Shown here piece after piece: positions 57,837 through 64,000 of a DNA stretch of 64,000 nt. Under the pieces are notes generated by a model. It worked only from the letters and a program-made list of their open reading frames with translations, was not told the origin of the DNA and did no database searches. Each line of letters begins with the position of its first letter. Position 1 is the stretch's first letter. Both the position numbers and the translations under genes were made by a program. This stretch comes from Octopus vulgaris. Its lineage: Eukaryota. The DNA lies in the NCBI GenBank assembly GCA_951406725.2, contig OX597835.1, forward strand, positions 8,122,001 through 8,186,000. Reading direction: 5' to 3'.

Positions 57837-58789
57837 CTCATTGTCCGTGAGAAGAAATAAACTCCACCTTCATCATTTTCAATAGCAGTACCCAACTGGG
57901 GGCATATTATATGAACGCTGAAAAGGGAAACTCGACCAGGGAGGACTCTGAGCGCATAAAAAACGCACTACTAATAATAACCACAATAATAATTATCTCT
58001 AGCATAGACACAAGAAATGAGATTTCGGTTAGACTGCTAATCAATACTACGATACCAGTACATCACTGATATTACATTTTATCGATCACTGATGGACGAA
58101 AGGCAAAGTTCGTGCATTAGTTCGTATGAAAATCGGAACTTCTTACGAACTGCGGCAAAATTTCGTTTTATATGAGAATAAATGAACATAAAGAGAGTAC
58201 TTAATGCTACTCTGGTCATGTACGACTGTTTGCACAAATGTATGAGAGATGAAAGAGGTCATAATATCGCTGTCAAAATAGGAAAACCATTTCTAACACA
58301 AAATGTATAGAAACGCAAGAGAGTTCGTATAACAATAACAAAAACTTGGCATTGAATGCAATAGAACAAAAAAGAAACATAAAAAGGAATATGCTGAAAA
58401 TGTCAGAAAAGAGATACAAAATTGAATAGTCATGCAAATCTCAATGTAGCAACGCATGCATGTAAACATATATAGGGTGTTGTTGTCGTCATCCTCCTCC
58501 TCCTCCTCCTCATCATCATCATCGTTATCATAATCATCGCGGTCGTGGTTGTTCTGAGCTTTTACAGAAAGCAAAGCGATATGTAGGAGGACGAATGATA
58601 GAGTATTATGAAGGGAAATTAATGTAAATGAAAATATATGAGGTGAAAAAGTTCCGTTGCAACACGAGAATGCGTTGGAATAGAAAAGCAGACATTTATA
58701 AGTACAAGCATAGAGAGATAGATAGATACATACATACATACATACATATATATACATACATATGTATACATACATTCATATACACACAT

Positions 58790-58854
<65 letters not shown>

Positions 58855-58904
58855 TATATATATACACATACGTATATTATTTCCCTTAGGCATAACGAGA
58901 CTAT

Positions 58905-58957
<53 letters not shown>

Positions 58958-59032
58958 TATATGTACACATATATATAGGTGTGCGTGTGTATGTATATAT
59001 ATATATACGTGTATATATTTATACATATACAA

Positions 59033-59090
<58 letters not shown>

Positions 59091-59689
59091 GAAACAGAGA
59101 TCGGTAGTTCAATGAATATATATAGCAACATACAAATATCATACGCCTCCCCATTAAAGCATTACCTCTATATGAATATAAATGTTCATGCGTATACACA
59201 AATATAGACACAGGTATAAGAATACATACGCATAAGTAGCCATTTAAACATACACAAGCACAAACGTATACATATATATATATACATACATATAACTACA
59301 CAAACATATGCAAACACACACATGCGATTTCTTGGTGTAACAACATAAAAATGCCATCGTACACGAACAAAATATTATATAACCAGCTTTGAGCATGCGC
59401 ACTCGTGTGTCTACGTGTACATAAGCGTTAATTCAAATATATACTCGAATAAATGCTGCACAAAACATTCGCAAAACTTTCAGAAATTCTGCAGAAATAT
59501 GAATTTCATTAGAGAGAGACAAAGATGGAAGTAATAGTAATATGCTGTGTAAAGGTATTGGCTGCAGAAGGGGAGGGTAGGACATTGAAAATTAACAGCG
59601 TGGAAGAGAAATAATAAATCGTAAAAGCCAGAAAGGCTAGAGACTAACTGTACATCGCTACATAATATATTTGTATACATATATACATA

Positions 59690-60490
59690 TATGCATAACA
59701 TACATACATACATACATACATATATGCATACATACGTACATACATACATACATACATACATACATACATACATACATACATACATACATACATACATACA
59801 TACATACATACATACATACATACATACATACATACATACATACATACATACATGCATACATACATGCATACATAACATGCCCACTCACATACATACATAC
59901 ATACATACATACATGCATACATACATGCATACATAACATGCCCACTCACATACATACATACATACATACATACATGCATACATACATGCATACATAACAT
60001 GCCCACTCACATACATACATACATACATACATGCATACATAGACAGACAGACAGATGAATACATACAAACATACATACATACATACATGCATACATACAT
60101 GTATACATAACATGCCCACTCACATACATACATACATACATACATACATACATACATACATACATACATACATACATACATACATACATACATACATACA
60201 TACATACATACATACATACATACATACATACATACATACATACATACATACATACATACATACGTACATACATACATACATACATACATACATACATACA
60301 TACATACATACATACATACATACATACATACACATACATACATGCATACATACATACATACATACATACATACATACATACATACATACATACATACATA
60401 CATACATACATACATACATACATACATACATACATACATACGTACATACATACATACATACATACATACATACATACATACATACATACA
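59690..60490. repeat. (CATA)n array with ~61-bp higher-order unit
   Basis: CATAACATGCCCACTCA recurs four times inside (CATA)n. Confidence 0.9.
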
Positions 60491-60698
60491 TACGAAGGGT
60501 GCCGAAAAGTTCCTTGCTTTGGGTAAAAGAAAATACAGGAGGATCAGTTAATTGTGAATTCCCTTTCAGATTCACACCCTTATTGCAGCGGTCCGTCAGT
60601 TTTTCCTAAGCCCTGTAAAAGTACTCGGAAGGTTGGGCCCACAGCCAGGCCTTTCGCGACACTCTTAAAGCCAGGAACCTCTCAGCGTCTCACTCGTA
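60491..60698. mobile_element. Mariner-derived MITE (TACGAG-type TIRs, TA ends)
   Basis: TACGAAGGGTGCCGAAAAGTTCCTTGCTTT versus AAAGCCAGGAACCTCTCAGCGTCTCACTCGTA: imperfect ~30-bp TIRs. Confidence 0.75.
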
Positions 60699-61097
60699 TA
60701 TGGTGATATTTTGTGCAGCATTTATGCGTATATGTCTTTGAATTAACACTTACATACATGTAAATTAGTATAATTTTAGTATATCCTTACTATACATGGC
60801 AAAAGCGGATCTGTTAACTTCTGTTATTCCTATTTAAAGGAGACAGCTGCAACATCACTACGAACACACGATACTAAATACTGCTTCTCATAACTGACCA
60901 GAATGCAGTCGGGACGTGGAGACTGTTTGGAAGCTCGTTTTGCAATGAGGTTTTATGCTAAGGTTTCGGCGAAGCGTTACAGAAACGTGTGACACTCTCA
61001 TGATTAGGTTGGGATTAATTTATATGAGCTGAACATCTGTTTGCCGTTGGCTGGAGTGGCTCAAGTACGGAAAAGTGGATGTGAGTGGCAATGACAA

Positions 61098-61131
<34 letters not shown>

Positions 61132-61139
61132 TATATCAG

Positions 61140-61315
61140 AATATCAGAGATGTTTGAGGAAATGCACAGTTTTCTTGATGAAGAATGTTGTGTGTCTATA
61201 AAGACAATACAGTTTGGTATTGGTTTGGCAACTATACACAGAACTATTCAGGACGATCTGAGGATGTGCTAAGCTTGTGCAGAGCTTGTTCTCAGAGCGC
61301 TCAGTGACAAGGCAT
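61140..61315 (+). mobile_element. Highly decayed mariner transposase fragment
   Basis: VSIKTIQFGIGLATIHRTIQDDLRMC*ACAELVLRALS resembles the second HTH / WVPR-L linker region. Confidence 0.4.
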
Positions 61316-62199
61316 CCTGGTAACCAACTGCTTGTTAGAGACGGGTACCAAAACTTTCCGCCAAATTCATGTCTGTCTAGACCTTGCTCCCTGCGATTAT
61401 TAGTTGTTCTCCAAGCTGAAGGAAATGAAGGAAATGGTGACCATGATTTTGGACACTATCACCGTATTGATGTCACACATACACACAATCACACATAATC
61501 ATACACACTCACACACGGATATATACAGCACATCTTGTTTGTGGCCATTATTATCTCTACCGACAAAACGGACAGGTAGGCGATACAAAGGTGGACAAGA
61601 AAAACAACAATTAGAGGGACAGGAAAAAAGGACAGTTCATTCGTGGCTTTCTTTCGTCAGCCAAGTTACCAGATGTCCTTACAGTTTCGGGCAGTTACAC
61701 TTGAGACTGCTCGATCTGGTTGCCCCCAAAAAGTCTAAGCTAAGAGCATTAGATTTTTTTGTAAGAAGGCGAATGTGTGCAAAAACAAAGACGAAAACGG
61801 AGAATATGGTACACAATTACAAATACAAACAACAAGAATATGTGAGCCTCTGTACGGTTCCTTTTAACGAAATTCCACGCAGAATCTTTCGACCGACTGA
61901 GCAGAACTCGTTGTGCAGTGAAGTCGAACCTCAGACGTGATGATAACAAAGGATATTCCTAACCACACCACCATGGCAACGCCCTCCATATTAAATTAAT
62001 GTGTTATATTATCGTTACCTTGTGAAAGAACTTATTTTCTTCGTCAATTATTTTATAAAACGTAGCTGTTAGGTTTCTTACTGCAACGATCTTCACATCC
62101 TAATTCATGATGAGTTCTGTGACGCCAGCATTTTTGCCATCTAATTGCTGTTATTAGTATTATCATTATTTTTTCCGTCGTCGTCGTCATCATCGACAC

Positions 62200-62234
<35 letters not shown>

Positions 62235-62632
62235 ATATTATTATTATTATTTATCATCAACGTCACCATCATCATAATCGTCATCATCATCATCATCGTC
62301 ACCATCATCATCATCGTTACCATCATCATTATCATTATGATTATTATTATTATTATTATTATTATTGCCTATTGAGATTATAATTAATTTTTATAAGTGT
62401 TTTAATTCTAAGTAATTGAGTTATTTAAAATAGATCTCAATTAAATTAGCCTTATCTGTCAATACACATATTCCACTATTTCGTATATTTTTCCTAGAAG
62501 CAAATGCTTACATTTATTTTACACACACACACACACACACATACACACACGCATACACACACACATACACACACATCGATGGATAGATAGACATACATAC
62601 ATACTGACAACTACACAAAGATACATAGATAA

Positions 62633-62733
<101 letters not shown>

Positions 62734-62859
62734 TGAATGGATAAATAGATATGAATATTCAGGCTTGTATAATCATTCGTGTTAGTTAAGGCGGTAAAGA
62801 AACGATAGATAATTAGCTAATTAGTTATGTTCCAAGAGCAATTGATTTGAAATGTTGTC

Positions 62860-63063
62860 ACAAGGCCAGCAATTTCACAGGAGGAGGAATATGTCAATTA
62901 CATCGACCCCAGTGTATCACTAACTGGTACTTATTTTGTCGACCCCGAAATGGTGAAAAGCAAGGTGGTCTTCGGCGGAATTTGAACTTCGAACGTGAGG
63001 ACGAACGAAGTGTCGCTAAGCATTTCACCTGGTTTGCTAACGATTCTCCCAACACGCCGCCTT
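62860..63063 (-). mobile_element. Old diverged SINE family B relative
   Basis: CTGGTACTTATTTTGTCGACCCCGAAA...CGGCGGAATTTGAACT...CGCTAAGCATTT. Confidence 0.65.
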
Positions 63064-63287
63064 ATCAATATCAAATATTTATGTGAATTCTTCTAGTGTG
63101 TGTAAACTAATGTACCAGTAAAATACTGGGGTTACCAATTTCCGTGTTCGTTTCCATTAAATTCCTGTCTCTGTTCCTACTTTGTTTGCAATGTACTGTC
63201 TCTAATAAACATATGAGCTAAGGGAGCTAATGCAATAGAGATTGGTGGCACGAATGTTGATAGACACGATAGAGGTACGTGACCTAC

Positions 63288-63432
63288 AGGTGTGGCTCAA
63301 TCTCAGAATGCCGTCTCATTGCGTGGCACCTTGGGCAGGTGTCTTCTACCATAGCCACGTGCCAACCACAGCTTTGTGAGTGGATTTGGTAGACAGAAAC
63401 TGAAAGAAGCCCGTCGTATATGTATATGTATG

Positions 63433-63489
<57 letters not shown>

Positions 63490-63500
63490 ATGTGTGTGTA

Positions 63501-63533
<33 letters not shown>

Positions 63534-63760
63534 GTGTGTGTGTGTTTGTTATGTGTCTGTGTTTGTACCCCCCCCCACGCCGTCGCTTCACAACCGATGT
63601 TGGTGTGTTTAGGCCCACGTGACTTAACGATTCGGTAAAATAAGACTGATAAAATATGTACTAGGCTTACAACGAATAAGTCCTGGGGTCGATTTTTACG
63701 ACTAAAGGTGGTGCTCCAGCATGGCCGCAGTCAAATGCGTGAAACAAGTAAAAGAATAAA
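63288..63760 (+). mobile_element. Diverged SINE family A
   Basis: TGCGTGGCACCTTGGGCAGGTGTCTTC...GGTGCTCCAGCATGGCCGCAGTC. Confidence 0.8.
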
Positions 63761-63834
63761 AAAATATGTATATATAACTGTGTATACCTATGTATACACA
63801 GCTGTATACATACATACGTATATATTATATGTAT

Positions 63835-64000
63835 GAGTGGCTGTGTGGTAAGTAGCTTGCTAACCAACCACATGGTTCCGGGTTCAGTCCCACTGCGTGG
63901 CATCTTGGGCAAGTGTCTTCTGCTATAGCTCCGGGCCGACCAATGCCTTGTGAGTGGATTTGGTAGACGGAGACTGAAAGAAGCATGTCGTATATATGTA
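63835..64000 (+). mobile_element. SINE family A, cut by the window end
   Basis: GAGTGGCTGTGTGGTAAGTAGCTTGC... Confidence 0.9.

Noticed and set aside
57739-57884. NEGD(S/I) peptide repeat as an exon
   Set aside because: The frame is bounded by stops, with no ATG start before the repeat and no polypyrimidine acceptor; treated as a simple minisatellite.
61404-61940. 178-aa ORF
   Set aside because: Non-ATG start as called, spans a CA-rich stretch and degenerate repeat-like sequence, and has no recognisable motif.

Overview
AT-rich, microsatellite-saturated eukaryotic non-coding DNA. The SINE/LINE content and repeat style suggest a coleoid cephalopod (Octopus-like); this is inference. I find no host protein-coding gene: nearly all long ORFs in the track are translations of (TA)n/(CA)n/(GATA)n/(CAT)n/(AAT)n/(GAA)n repeats. 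The window holds four tRNA-derived SINE families, decayed LINE pieces (R4/Dong-like with restriction-like endonuclease, RTE/BovB, CR1, Jockey-like), a Penelope-like RT/GIY-YIG remnant, mariner remnants and a mariner MITE, Helentron-type HINEs, and unique homeobox-motif-rich islands. The most interesting signal is a set of short inserts, mostly embedded in or abutting (TA)n runs, carrying minimal type-I hammerhead-ribozyme-like motifs of the Penelope pseudo-LTR kind. These include a U4C variant (148-182), a U3-A8 covariant core (39720-39756) and two near-perfect palindromes containing hammerhead parts (8680-8818, 18706-18774). Also notable: a 132-bp target-site duplication around one SINE, a TSD-flanked chimeric SINE, a headless tandem SINE array between two inverted LINE ends, and a chain of Dong-like elements in (TAA)n.
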